Shown: positions 1 to 12,764 of the stretch, in pieces | Numbering within the stretch: the stretch's first letter is position 1 | How the letters are laid out: the number at the start of each line of letters is the position of its first letter | Assembly: GCA_030390025.1 (NCBI GenBank) | Contig: CM059434.1 | Span: forward strand, 99,138,001 to 99,202,000 | Source: Squalus acanthias | Taxonomy: Eukaryota | Direction: 5' to 3' | Length of the DNA: 64,000 bases | Program-made: the position numbers and the translations under genes | Notes under the pieces: generated by a model | Database searches by the model: none | The model's input: the letters and a program-made list of their open reading frames with translations, nothing else | Told to the model about the DNA's origin: nothing

Positions 1-1889
1 TGATCTTCATATCGGGCTAATTCTTCGCAAATTTCCAATTGTAATGGGGTTGTGTGAGTGCCATGTTCTAATTTTCAGTTCTCCAGCTTGAATCCCATCT
101 ATGGAAATGTTTTGCATGCAAAGTGAAATAAAGTTTCTTAAAACTTTAATGGTTATGATATCCGCAATCCTTGATCAAGAGTCAACTGGAAAGACCGAAA
201 CGCATTCTGGACCACTTTAACTACTAAGTCACAGCAAGCCAGTATGCCCCAGTTTGGGAACCACTTGCTTAGTGGGTACAGGTGCCAGCCTGTGTAATAG
301 CAAGCCACCTGGATTGATTCACAGTCTATGCTTAGCAGGGGCAGAAAATGGGCTCTATAATCAGCTTCAGTGCCCTGGGCTAGCAAGCAGAAACAAAAAA
401 AGTCAAATTTCTGCTCCTGATCTCTGCCCTGTTTAAAATAGTGTCAGATGAGGACAGGGTAAGGCTCAGCTCTGATGCCCCTGGTAGATGAATAGTCCGT
501 CAACACTCACTGTCCAGGGTCACACAAAAACAACATCGAGCGAGTTACCTGGAGAACTTCTGGCGTCTATGGAACCACAGCCTCGCGTGAAAAGGGGGGG
601 GAAAAAAACCGTTGCTCATGCATAACTTTGGGTACAGGAAACATCCGTTTCTGCAGACGAGAAGTACTGAGCATGGTGGCATTGCAATTGAAGTGTTGAG
701 GAGACTGTATTCATCCACTACTCAAGATATTTCAGTCATAAAATTATCACTGGTTCAAATAATCTTTCTAAGTAGGTTTTCCTTTTGATTTGGTCCTCAT
801 GTATCAATGTGCTCACCCCAAAACCCCCACATGTTCTTTGTCAACTTCCAGGAGTTTCTAAACTCTACTTTTGGGGAAGCCAGAGAAATCTGGATTGCAA
901 AACTGGAGCCCTAAATATTTATTGGTATCATTAGTTGACAGACTCCCTATGGACTACATGGTATGACAGGCATAGGGAGGGCTGAGTGTTGGTCTGAGCA
1001 CGGAGGAGTCCTTCCTCGTTTCCCCACCCCTGCACAATCCAGGTACAAAGTCAAAATGACTGTGCTTTTTGAGAGACCAGCCATGAGAGAGTGATTTGTA
1101 ACAATAAATAAATCTGCTTCTCACTATCAATGAAGTAAAACAAAGATTTTCCTAGCTTGAGAATTTTGATGATTATGATCGAGCCTATCGTTGATGTATT
1201 CCTTTACATGGAGTAACATACAAATTATAGTGCAGTACCTAGTTTAAAGCCAAAATGCCTCAAACAAAAGTGGGGAAAGACCATGTGTGAGTCACAAGTC
1301 ACTTTTTAACAGCACAATCCAAGATGATGGCTACATAGCAAGGCCTCTGATTTGCTTTGCAGTTGAAGGCACAGGTAGATATGTGCATGCTTTCTTGGCT
1401 ATAATTGAGGCCAACTAGTGTCAAACAGTGACACATAAATCAATATTTCACCTGTGTGATACACTATTTGAAATGAGTTTCAAATGAGAAGCTTCCACAA
1501 TCCTGATTAAAATCTGGCTGCTCCTTCCATGTGAACAGGAGGAATGTCTGCACAGAGTAAGTGAACAGCAGGTGCTCATTTGCCCTCTCACTGACTCGAC
1601 CCAACCCACTTAATCTGCTGAGGGAGCGAGGCATCCAAAAACACACATCTCCTCAAAAGTTTCTTCCCAGCCCTCAACGGTAGTCAAGCAAAACTCCAGA
1701 ATTTACAGTTGCATTTAACACATGACTCACCCACAGTCCCAGTATTACAGGAACCATTGAATTTCAGAGTATTGGATCATCTGTTTCTACTTTACCATTA
1801 TTTATCCAGCTCTTTTCCAAGGTGTCACATTGACTCCGCTTGTTGGGAATCCATTCCGTATATCCACTGCCCTACAGAAAAAACACCTT

Positions 1890-2478
1890 GGGCTGGATTC
1901 TCCTAAGGTACTACCATGTGGTGAAACATCCCGCCGCTGGCCCAACACCGCTGAAACCCCAACCCATTGTCTTAAGCCAGGAGCCATTTGCTATATTAGG
2001 CAGATTCCTGGTGGGATCCCCGCCACCAAGAGGGAGCCTTCTGCTGCAAAGGAGCAAATCCTGTTGGAGGTGCTGTGAGGATTTAAAGGGGACTAGAGAG
2101 TTCTGAAGAGGATTCCAAGAAATCTTTAAGCGTTGGCTGAAACTTAGGCCTAAGAAGGTCAGTCAATTGGGCAGTTATGCAGAGACAGAAGGTCTCTACT
2201 AGGCCCTGGCCTCCACTGAAAGAAATTTGGAGCCTTACCACCATTACCCTGAGCCAACTGCCACCTTTCTACATGCAGTCCCAGGGAGTGGCCATTAAGA
2301 GGGGCAGTCAGCAGGAGAGCCCAGGCCCCGCACACCACACCAACAGCATTTACATGCAGCGGACAGGGAAGCTAGCTCGAGGCAGGAAAGCAGCGGTATG
2401 CCTTACCACTCAGTTTTGCCCCCTTTTCCGCCACTGTCCTGTTGATTTTGGGTGGAATAGCTGAGGAAAATCCAGCCC
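1890..2478. mobile_element. Harbinger-type MITE
   Basis: TIRs GGGCTGGATTCTCC / GGAAAATCCAGCCC (13/14 match); flanks CTT/ATT. Confidence 0.8.
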
Positions 2479-2867
2479 ATTCATTTCTTATTTCTAAACT
2501 AAGATTGTACTCCTGTCCTCTAGTTTTGCAATCACAGTCTAAGTCAATTAGCTTGCTTACATTTACTTCATCTGTGTCACTCATCATTTTGAAAAGTTAG
2601 ATCAATGAAAACAAGTCCACTTTTTTGAGCCCCTCTTCATAACTGAGAACACTACATCTCAGAATCATAATTGTCACAGTTCTCTTAAGTCTCTCCAGTG
2701 CATCAATGATATTTTGAAGTTAGGGTGCCCAAAGTTTCAAGCAAGATTAGAGCACAATATTCAAAATGTGACTTTGACAAGAAAACACTGGCAGTCTGAC
2801 TAATTATCCCCTTAAACCAGAGATGGAAAATCTTCATTTTAGCAACTGTTCCCAGAGGGTTTCCTCG

Positions 2868-3115
2868 TTATTGGGAAAACCAAATGTAGACTGGGTGACT
2901 GCTTGCTGAACATTCCATTGTGTGTATAAACATGATCTTGACCTCCCTGTTGCTCACCTCTTCAACTCCCCCTCCATTCCAAGTCTCACCTTACTGCCTT
3001 TGGCCTTCTACATTGTTCTAACCAAGCTCAAAACAAACTTCAAGAACAATATCTCATCTTCCTTCTGGCTACTGTGCAACTTTTAATCTGAACATTGACT
3101 AGCAACTTCCGACCT
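2868..3115 (+). mobile_element. Penelope-like element fragment (GIY-YIG endonuclease C-terminus, degenerate)
   Basis: Frameshifted translation IGKTKCRLGDC..EH...KHDLDLPVAHLFNSPSHSKSHLTAFGLLHCSNQAQNKLQEQYLIFLLATVQ..LNID resembles the PLE endonuclease end (IGETKRRL...HFNS...LEEQHLIFRLGTL...LNI). Confidence 0.72.
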
Positions 3116-3337
3116 TAGCCTTTCCCCTATTTTCTTGCCAGTTTCTCCCATTTGTGTTCTACTTCACTCCCTTCTACTTTGGAGCGGTTTTATTCATCTT
3201 TTGTTATTGCAGTGCCTTTTCCAAGCCTGTTTGATGTGATCTTCATGAATCACCCAGCATGTTTCACCTCCTTTTAGCCTTTAACATTTGTCCACAGGCT
3301 TTTAAAACTTTTAGCTGCTTCTTCCTAGTAGCAGTTA

Positions 3338-5900
3338 CATAGAAGGACAGACGTTACAACATGGAAACAGGCTGGTTGATCCAACCAGTCTGTGCTGACA
3401 TTTATCCTCCTCCACACAAGCAGTAGTCCCAATCCGATGTGCCAGACAGGGTTCCCCCTTTCCTTCAACTTCTTATCTAACCTGTTTTTAAATGTTTACA
3501 TGGTCTCTGCTTCAATCACTAACTCCACAGCCTCACAACCCTCTGTGTAAAATAGCTTCCCCTGCTCCCTGTCCCAAATCTCATATTTAATCTGACATCT
3601 ATGTCCTCTTGTTCTAGACCCCTCAACCACTAGAAACAAAGGGCTGGATTTTCCCAGCCCTGCGGAGGCGGGACTGCTGGGAAAATGAGAAAAATTGGGA
3701 GCGGGTCCCAACCCCGCTCCCAACCCACCTCCGAACCATCTTCCCGGAAGGCGGGTCCCTGACTCCTAGCGGCGGGAAGGGGATTAGAGCCAATTAACTG
3801 CCTGTTAACAGGCAGTTAAGAGGCTTTTCCCCATTTTACGCCTGCTGATGCGGGCTTCCTGACGTCGGGGAACCCCGCCAAGGTCATCGAGGTGAGCTGT
3901 GGGTCTGCTGCAGTGTAAGTGTGCAAATGACAGCTGCAGAGGTAGTGTGATGGGCGCAATGGTGCACAGGTAAGTATGACAGGTGAGAGAATGTAGTGAG
4001 AAATATTTTTATTCTGTTTATATATATCTGCAGGTGACAAGATTTGATGTTTCTGTGAAGCCTCATCTGATCGGGAGAATTGACAGATGGCTTCTGCAAT
4101 CTCACATGCAGCTGCCATCTGTTTTCTCCTAAGGAGAGAAACACTGACAATTCATCTGTCAAAAAATTATGGTGCCCGTCACTTTAACAAAACCAGCAGA
4201 TGAAGCATCATGCACTGACGTCATCTGACACCGAATTTCCCATAATTGGCCGGCAAGCCCACAGGGCGGGCTTAACAAGGCCAATCAGGGGAAAATAGCG
4301 TCAGTTCGTCTGACGTCGCTGGGGGTGGGACTAAAACCCAGAAACCAGCAGTCCCGCCCCCAACGCGCCTCCTCAGGTAAGATCCCGGCCATACAGTCCG
4401 TTTCTATTTACCCTGTAACATCTCTTCATCATTTTAAATACCTCTATCAAATCACCCCATAAATGTTCTAATAAAAATGGACCCAATTTTAAGTCTTTTT
4501 TTCATATTTGTTTTTCCTTATACTAGGCAGCATCTGAGTGAATCTGAACTGTAACGTCTCTATGGCCTCAACATCCTCCCATAGTGTGGAACCCAAAACT
4601 GCATACAGTACTCCAACAGTGATCGTACTAAGCTTTTATATAGATTCATCTTGACTTTTACATTTTACACCTCTTGCCATAAAACCCAGTATTCCACTAG
4701 TTTGTTTTTCCAAAATGGTCTTATCCACTTGAAGTACTGCTTTTAATAGCTCCACAACCTCAGCCCCAAAATCTCTCTGCTCTTCCACATCACCTAACCT
4801 TCCCCCATTCAAAGTATAATTATGACCTTTTTAACCATCTTATCCCTTTACAGCTTCCTTTGGTCCTCAGAATTATTTACTATGCCTTCTACTTCAGTAT
4901 GATCTGCAAATTTAGACACCGCTCTCGCTCACCCTTTATTCAAATCACTGACGTACACAGTGAACAGAAGCATTTCCAGAACTGAACCCTGTGGGATACC
5001 GCTATCTACTTCCAACCACTCTGAGAAACTGCCCTTAATGCCTATTCTGTTTCCTACCTTCTAACCAGTTTTTAATTCAATTTGCTACCCTCCCGCTAAT
5101 CTTCCTTAGTCTTCTCAATTAGTCTCTGCATGATACCTTGTCAAAGGATTTCTGAGAATCCATGTACACCACATCCACCATATCTGTCACCCCTTCAAAG
5201 ATCTATCAGGTTTTCAAGCATAATCTTCCTTTCTTAAATCTGTGTCATCAGTGTCTAATCATTTTCTCTTCATCTAGATATTTAGTAATTTCATATTTAA
5301 AGATTCAAAACATTTTCCCTACCATAGATGCTAAATTAACTGGTCTGTAATTATTCAGGTTAGCTCAACCTCCCTTTTTGAAAATGATATTACATTGGCC
5401 ACTCACCAGTCCTCCAGCACGCATCCACTCAATAGAATCCTGAAATATAATTCCTAGGGCCTCTGCAATTTCTTTCTCCATTTCCCTCAAGATCCTTCAA
5501 TGTATCCCATCACGTCCCGGCGCTTTAGCTTAACTAACTTCTTTCATACTTTCCTTTTATTTATTATATCTTTCATCTTGCTTTTAACTAATTAAGGATT
5601 TACCTGCTCCCCAATATGCTTCTGTTTTGTACGCACTGATGCAAAGTACTTGTTAGAAGTATTCCGGTCAAATTCTATTTACTCTCTACTAACTCATTAT
5701 CCTCTCCTCTCAGGGGTCCCTCCACACATTTAGCAATTCTCTTTTTACGGATGTATTTGTAGAATACTTTATTGTTCTTTTCAATATTTTTGAGACTCTC
5801 TTCTCATATTCCCTCCTTGGTATCCTTATCCGTCTTAACTCTTACCTTATTTTCTCGTATTCTCCCTTTTAAAAAAAATCATACCTCTAAGTCCCATATC
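3338..5900 (-). mobile_element. CR1 LINE ORF2/3' end, degenerate (interrupted by a MITE)
   Basis: Minus-strand RT motifs VDVVYMDSQKSFDKV (~5140-5180), GIPQG (~4990) and VSKFAD (~4900-4920). CR1-type 3' UTR near 3340-3400. Confidence 0.85.
3641..4390. mobile_element. Harbinger-type MITE inserted in CR1
   Basis: TIRs GGGCTGGATTTTCC / GGTAAGATCCCGGCC and subterminal inverted GGCGGGACTGCTGG / CCAGCAGTCCCGCC. CR1 sequence is continuous across the insertion. Confidence 0.75.
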
Positions 5901-6004
5901 ACTCTTCTTCAACTTTGGTTTGTTTCTACTCTCTTTAGTTAGTATAGGTCACTCATCTCCTCTTTGCTTTATTTAGTCCTACAAAGCATCTCGGGACTTC
6001 CTTC

Positions 6005-6100
6005 TTTTTCAGTTCTAGTGAAGGGTCTCTACCCAAAACATTAACCCACCTGTTCTTTTTGTCAGATGCTGTATTTCCAGCACGTTCTGTTTTTATTCAT
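6005..6100 (+). mobile_element. Penelope 3' tail remnant with degenerate hammerhead motif
   Basis: agtt-ctagtga-a-gggt(ctct)accc-aaaa-cattaac followed by gatgctg..tatttccagcacgttctgttttt, the same tail seen at 10398, 10950 and 11890. Confidence 0.6.
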
Positions 6101-7038
6101 GAGCATGGTACAGGCTACAGATTGGGTCTATTCTACCACTTCACAGTTTCCTAATAAAGTTAGGTCCAGGAGGGTGTTTGGATTTAGAAAAACTGTCCAA
6201 TACATGTGAACCTGGGAAAGACATTATAAATCAGGTTCAGGAAAATAGACCCGTGGCTCTAATCCATGCATAACATGAGACATCTGTTGAAGAGGCTCCT
6301 AGTTAGAATTCCAAATAAAAGTGGGACTTAGTTGCCATATACTGCTACCTTATTAGGAAGGATGCTGGGTGGTTGTGACATCATACAGTATCAACGACCC
6401 ATCTGTAACCTCAGCTGGATGAAATACCCCACTTCAGGCTTCTTGCATTGACCTTTAACCCTAGCACCGAATAATTGAATACAACTATCTATTGCAGTAC
6501 TATTTATCTGTGATGGAAGCCCACCTAGATGACCTTGTCACAAAATAACATGACAGTTGATGAAATGGCCCAATTTAAATCGACACACTGCAGCTGAAGA
6601 TGACAGAGGTCCAAACGCTGGTCACAAAAAGGCTTTCATGCAGAACCAACCTGCCATCAAGTATAACTGTACGATAAAACCAACCAAAATGAGTAACATT
6701 AGGTTCACACTGTCAAAGGGGAATGTGTCTATTTTTATTTTTTCATCTGCTTTCTCAGAACAGGGAAATACTTCCCTGCTTCTGTCTGGTCTATTCCAGC
6801 ATGATAAAATGGTTGAGGAGGCGAGGTTGAAACATATAGTTCCTAATATTAAATTTAAAGTGATCTTCATCTATGAACCTGAACAACTCTGGGATGCTGG
6901 TACAAGTCAAATACAGATACACATAGATTTGACTGTATCATCTTGACTTCATCTCATGTGATACCATACACTCTATAGCAGAATCAGGCCTTAATCTTAA
7001 ATAAACAAATTTAAAATAAAAACACGTGAGACACTAAC

Positions 7039-7677
7039 CTGTATAATCTTCACGACATTCACAGTTATAGCCTCCCTCCCTGCTTCGGCAGAGACCATGA
7101 CTACCACATGGATTCGAATAACAAAGGTCAATTTCCGTTTCACAATAATCGCCAGTAAATCCAGGAGGACACCTGCACCGCAGTCCATTGATGGGATGAA
7201 TGGGTCGGAATAAGACCGTGTCAGATGAAATGAAAGGAGCTGAACTGTCAAACTTCAGCACAGACACACACTTCATGTAGTTTTCACAGGGCTCTCTCAG
7301 GCAGATATTGTCATCAAAGGGGAGGACCCTCTGAGTGGAGATAGTGGTCAGCAGTGTCCGGTTGAGGTAAATTTGTTCTTGCAGATCCTCTGAAGGGAAG
7401 TATTGGTTTCGAACCCCACCTGGCAGCAATGCAGAGAAACTCACATTCAGAATGTTTGCGCTAACATCCGTATCATTTTGAATATTAAAAATAAAAATGT
7501 CATCTTTGGTTGTGGACAACACAGCGGCAACTCCTTCCACAAAGAGAGACAGCAGTGGAGACAGAAATTTGTCCTGGGACATGTTCTCCAAACGCACGGT
7601 GATGCTGTTCGTCAGCATGTCTTCCGTAATGATGGTCACTCTCAAAGTACAGAGTGCGGTAATGATGTGAATACCAT
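7039..7677 (-). CDS. CELSR1: CELSR1 internal coding exon (equivalent to human exon 2): end of cadherin repeat 9, membrane-proximal region, EGF-like 1 and 2
   Basis: Translation (D)GIHIITALCTLRVTIITEDMLTNSITVRLENMSQDKFLSPLL...EDLQEQIYLNRTLLTTISTQRVLPFDDNICLREPCENYMKC...CRCPPGFTGDYCETEIDLCYSNPC...EDYT(G) is near-identical to vertebrate CELSR1 as I recall it. Acceptor ttttttcctccAG (AG at 7679-7678), donor GTtagt (7038-7037). Length 639 bp, phase 1-1. Confidence 0.96.
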
Positions 7678-8439
7678 CTGGAGGAAAAAAAGAGAAACCA
7701 TCACAATCTGACAGAAAAGTGTAGCGGTTAGTATAATTGGCATAGGTAAGGGAAGAACTTACCAGAACTTATCTACACTTCATAACAATGTGTGCAGCCA
7801 AACACTGAAGAGAGAATACATTGGCATTACCAGGCAACTTACCTACCCACAACTGACAACCCTAAATCTGGATTAAGGTTACAGAGGGTTGGGTGGGGTG
7901 TTGTAGGAGGAGAAAAAAAATTGTTGACAGAGCACAATCATGATCCAAGAAGGAGGAAAATGACTTTAGTTACTGTACCGGAGAGTGGAGGGAAGATGTT
8001 TAAAGATAAATTTAAAATATTTCACCACTTCCTCAGAGTAAGTATTAAGACACATTTGGGTGATATTACACTCAAGATAGTGTCATCGTAGTCTATGACA
8101 AATATACAGCATCCTAACAAAATCTTGACTCATTTATTAGGCATTATATAATTGTAATGCCAATGCCAAAATGAAAGGCGTCTGTGGGTTTAGTTAATCC
8201 TTTCTGCATACTTTAAGGATTATTAATAATTAATTACTGCCTTAGGACATATATAAAATATGTTTCTTTAATTCTGTACTCTATAATTCAAAGAAAACAT
8301 GAAAGCAAGATATTAATCTTATTACAATAGAAACCCATCAATAAGAATTTTTTTTTAAATGGTATCCACGAACCAACCGCAAATTCTTCTTCACAATAAA
8401 TGACCCCCTTTGATCTTTCTCCCCGGCCTTCTCTTCTCA

Positions 8440-9995
8440 TCTCTGCAGGAACGTGTGAGGAGCTCATGAATTTCTCCCCAAAATTGAGGCTACCTGCTCA
8501 GCTAACTCAGCCTCCTCCTGTCCCAACCACCAAGCCTCCTAAGACCGCATAATACTCTGTTGCTTTTTCCCTATCTCACCCCAGCCCTCATCAGACTGGT
8601 TTCCTCCAAGACACCCACTACTTTTTCTCGTGACTATGTGCTTAATCACTCAATGCTAACATTGTTAGCTCCTCCTTTTCCTCAGCCATTATTCTCTCCT
8701 TCAAAACTGTTACCATCACCTCTCTTTTAAAAGCCTATAGTTGACCCCTCCGCCCTCTCCAACAACTGCCCAACTCCAACCTTCTCCTCTGTAAAGTCTT
8801 CAAATCATCAACACATAACTCTGCGGCCACTTCTCCTTATTCAAATTCTTTCAATCTGATTTCTGTCCCTCCCACAGCACCAAAATTTCCCTGGTCAAAC
8901 TTAACAATGAGATTGTGTGACTGCAACTGTGGTGCATTATTCCTCACGATCCTATCTGAGCTTTCATCACAGATAATCTGTATGTCCCCTTCCGCCACCT
9001 CTCCTTCGTGATCCACTTCGATTGCACCGTTATTGCAATGGCTTCTCTTCCTATGCCACACAGTCACCTCCAGCATGTCCAAAATTCTATCCCCAGTCCC
9101 TCATTCAACTATACGCTGCCTCTTAACTTTATCGTTAAGTGTAGGGTCAGTTTTCATGTATCCACAATCGCACATGATTTCATGACAGTTGTGTTATCTG
9201 ACTGCTTCTGCACCATTAAGTCATAGATGAGCCAGGTCTTTCTCCAGCTCAAAGACAAGGCAAAAGCCATTCTTTTTGGCTACCACCAGAAACTTCACAA
9301 ATTAGTCTCCGATTCCATCCCATTTTCTAATTAATTGCTTCGGCCAGATGATGTGCAACTTCAGAGTTCTGTTTAACTCTGCACTGAGTTTCAAACCCCA
9401 CATCCAGTCCAACATCGAAACCTCGGATTTCCACCTCCAAATTATCACTCACCTGGGCCTATATACCTCGCCGGTCTGGAATCCTCATCCACACCTTTGT
9501 CACTCCAGACGTAATTTCCCCAATCCCTTTGCCAGCCACCCAAACTCAAACCTGTGCAAACTCCAACTTAACCAAGACTCTGCCACTCACATTCTATCCC
9601 ATACTAAGTTGCGCTCACTCATCAGTCTTAATCTCATTGACCTCCACTGGCTACCCATCACCCAGTGGATTGATTTTGAAATACTCGTTTTAGCCCAACT
9701 CTGCAACTTCCTCCAGCCCTATGTATCCACTTGCACGCTCCATCTTCCAGCTCTGCCTTACTGTGAACCTCCCCTCTCTGTCCACTCCACCATTGCATGC
9801 AGACCCTTGAGCTTTCATACCATCCCCTTTACCAGGTCTCTCACCACCTTCAAAAACCTCCTTAGAATCTCTTCGAGAGTGGCTACAGAACTCTTCTCCC
9901 AACTTCTTCTTGGGTCTGACAGACCCCCTCCCTTGTGATGTACCTTGGGATACTTCACGACACTAAAAGGTGCTATACAAGTGCAAGTTGCTGTT
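8440..9995 (+). mobile_element. L2 LINE 3' portion, degenerate
   Basis: ORF 9348-9938 has LQLNQDSATHILSHTKLRSLISLNLIDLHWLPITQWIDFEIL (the L2 'LHWLP' motif). Tail aaaggtgctatacaagtgcaagttgctg. Confidence 0.8.
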
Positions 9996-10818
9996 TTGAA
10001 ATGAAAACTACCACTATCACCGCAGATTTTTTAAAGAGGCATTTTAAAAGGGATTTGGCAAACCTTTTTCCAATTGGGAAAGGAGAAGAGCCAGAAGAAA
10101 GATGTGCCACTTTCATCACAATAACATTATGTGCAAGTAAGACAACGATGCAGGTGAATACAAGTTACATCATTGCACATTGTATTTTTACACAGTTGGC
10201 CAACCAATTTTTCTTAATACGGTGGCCCTTTAAATTAACCATCAGCAAGCTCTCCCCGTTTCACGATTTTTGAAATGAAACTCAGGGAACAGCACTGAAA
10301 GCCATCGGCAAAGAGATTATTAATTCACGCAGCAGTTGGTGGGTTCATAAAGTACACAACAATCATTTTAAACTCAACTTAAAAATAAAAAAATATAATG
10401 CCTGACCTGCTGAGTATTTCCAGCATTTTCTGTTTTTAATTTAAAAAAATATATTGCTCAGTCATAAAAATCAAATACATTTCCTATAAAAATAAACCAT
10501 TACTTTGAAGAAACTGCGCGGGGGACCCACGGATGAAACCCCGATTCTGCTGTTCTGGCAGCAAACAAGAATTGCACATCAATTCGACATTGAGCGTTAT
10601 TTTTGACAAACCAGGTATTTATTTAAACTCACTTTTAAACTGCTGGTACATGACAGCTCTCCCGATTATCTCCTACAGATAAACACTACCTTTCGCACCA
10701 ACATTTTAACAGAAGTGTTTTTACTAAAAATAACTCAAGAAGTCTCATTCAATCCTTGCAGAATCAAATACTGAAGTGTGGAAAAAAAAATTGTCAGTGC
10801 TTTTCTTTTAAAAATGAG

Positions 10819-11398
10819 GGAGTAGAAGTTAGACTTCGGGTGTAAAACAGGTGCAAGGAGATCCAATTTCAGGGGCCAACCTCCCGCACCCCAAGGATGC
10901 CGATAAGACGTCCAACCGAAAATTGGAAAAACTCAGCAGGCCAGGCAGCATCCTGCTGAGTTTTCCAGCGTTTTTCTGTTTGTTATTTCGGATTTCCAGC
11001 ATCCGCAGTATTTTGCTGACCTAAAATTGGGTTGGGCCATTTTTCAGGCAGCCCTGGCGGATAGAACTAAGCATTGGGTCCCTTACATATGTAAATGGCG
11101 CAGACGATTCGCTGCGACCTAAAACAAAAGTTTTGATTTTTTTAATTCCAAAAATATAGCTGTGGAGCCAGGAGTGCTCCACCAACTCCACAGTATTCGC
11201 AATCATTGCCACATTCCCTCTTCTGTTCCCCGACTTGCCTTCAGGCCAGGCACGTGGCCCAATATCCGTGCAGGCAAAATGGGCGAGCTGCATGTGGAGA
11301 CGCGACAGGCAAATTAAGCCAAGGAGACCCGAGGCCCACGTTCAGGCGAGCCTCTGGACTCCCGGTTGGTGCGTGCCCGAAAACCAAATTTCTACGCC
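10819..11398. mobile_element. Harbinger-type MITE with nested Penelope-tail hairpin
   Basis: TIRs GGAGTAGAAGTTAGACTTCGGG / CCCGAAAACCAAATTTCTACGCC and a perfect 3-bp TSD GAG (10816-10818, 11399-11401). Confidence 0.78.
10924..11020. mobile_element. Penelope tail fragment in inverted (head-to-head) configuration
   Basis: TGGAAAAACTCAGCAGG..CCTGCTGAGTTTTCCA inverted repeat followed by the tail gatttccagcatccgcagtattttgct. AAAATTGG occurs on both sides. Confidence 0.65.
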
Positions 11399-11834
11399 GA
11401 GATATTTTTGGGGGAAAAGTCTTGTAAATAGATTGACAGCACAACAGAATACTTGGTGTTCAATCACAGCTTCATGCACACTCCTCTATATAGAAAGTAA
11501 TGCTTTACAACCCCCGTGCAATTTATAGAGCTGATTTCACACAACTAATTGAAACCAGCGTGTGCAGGATGATCCTCTAAAAGATGCCGGGAGACTTTTC
11601 ATCAACAAATCAGTTTGAAGTTAATATTTTATTAAGTTCTGTTGAGAACATGTAGCTAATAGTTTACAAAATGTAAATTTTAAATATGGGTGTATCATTT
11701 TAAATTGCTTGATTTGAAAGTTGATGCACATTAAGAGCATAAAAATAGTATCTGTTGATTCTCTCCCTCTCCCCATTCCCCCTTTCTCTCTCAATTTTTG
11801 CCAACCTTACTAAAATGCCTGTTCACCTTTCAGT

Positions 11835-11960
11835 CTTCAGTTCTCATGAAGGGTTACACACCTGAATGTCAAACTGCATACAAATGCTGAATGACCTGCT
11901 GTATATTTCCAGCATCCTCTGTTTGTATTTCAGATTTTCAGCATTTGCAGGATTTTTCTT
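11835..11960 (+). mobile_element. Penelope 3' tail remnant with degenerate hammerhead motif
   Basis: agtt-ctcatga-agggt...cctgaa..aact followed by gacctgctgtatatttccagcatcctctgtttgtatttcagattttcagcatttgcag. Confidence 0.6.
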
Positions 11961-12408
11961 TTTAGCATAGAAAATAGCTCTTGGAAGGGTTCATTTGCCA
12001 ATATTTTTTAGAACAGGAGATGTAATATTGCTCCCTATAGCCTGTAGGGAGGTTGAGTAGTGCTATTTTTGCATCTGTCGCTATTACTCTTTCTGGCAAG
12101 ACACATTTCTTATGCTGCCACAATCACCACCATTTTTAATCGTGATTCTGTGCAACATGCTGCTGTCACTGAATTTAAAATTGTGACAATTCTGGCTACA
12201 TGCATGAAATAAATCCTGAATTCAACGTCATCAGAATAGCTGTTATAAATTGCGTCAGGGGATGAAGATTCTGTCAGCTTTCAAAGTATAAACTGCAGAA
12301 TGTGCTTATTGTGCAAGTCATTCTGGGAAAAAATAGAAGTTGGATTAAACATGGCAGAAAACAGAGGGACCAGCAGACTGTAATTCCTACCGTCAGACAG
12401 ACAAATTC

Positions 12409-12582
12409 GGGGAGATTTTCCTGGGTCTGTGCCCAGGTGCACTTGATTGCCTGGGCAAAGCAAATGTCAGAAAAATCGGGTGGGATCCTTTACAGGTGTG
12501 CGCTCCAACCCAACCAACTTTCCGATATTTGCTGAACTCAGGCGGTCCAGTACACCTGGGAGCAGACCTGGAAAAATCTATC
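12409..12582. mobile_element. Short Harbinger-type MITE
   Basis: Imperfect TIRs GGGGAGATTTTCCTGGGTCTG / CAGACCTGGAAAAATCTATC. Confidence 0.55.
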
Positions 12583-12764
12583 TATTAAACTGCAATAAAT
12601 GAGCAGGCCATTTTCCTTGACTTTTCTGACCCTGAACCGCTTTCGATATATAAGGGGCTCAAAGCTTAGATTAGTTCAGTTCATTTCTTTTGAGCTTTTC
12701 TTCCTGAACTTGCCCGTATTTAGACTTGTTCCCAACAACTGCTAGCATGTAGTCAGACACAATG

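Larger units (their letters stand above)
1..7038 (-). other. CELSR1: CELSR1 downstream intron (intron 2, partial)
   Basis: Starts at the GT donor. The next EGF/LamG exon (EHCE...) is not seen in 1-7038. Confidence 0.75.

Noticed and set aside
7034-7645. Stand-alone 203-aa gene as given in the ORF track
   Set aside because: It is an internal exon; the true limits are the splice sites 7677 and 7039.
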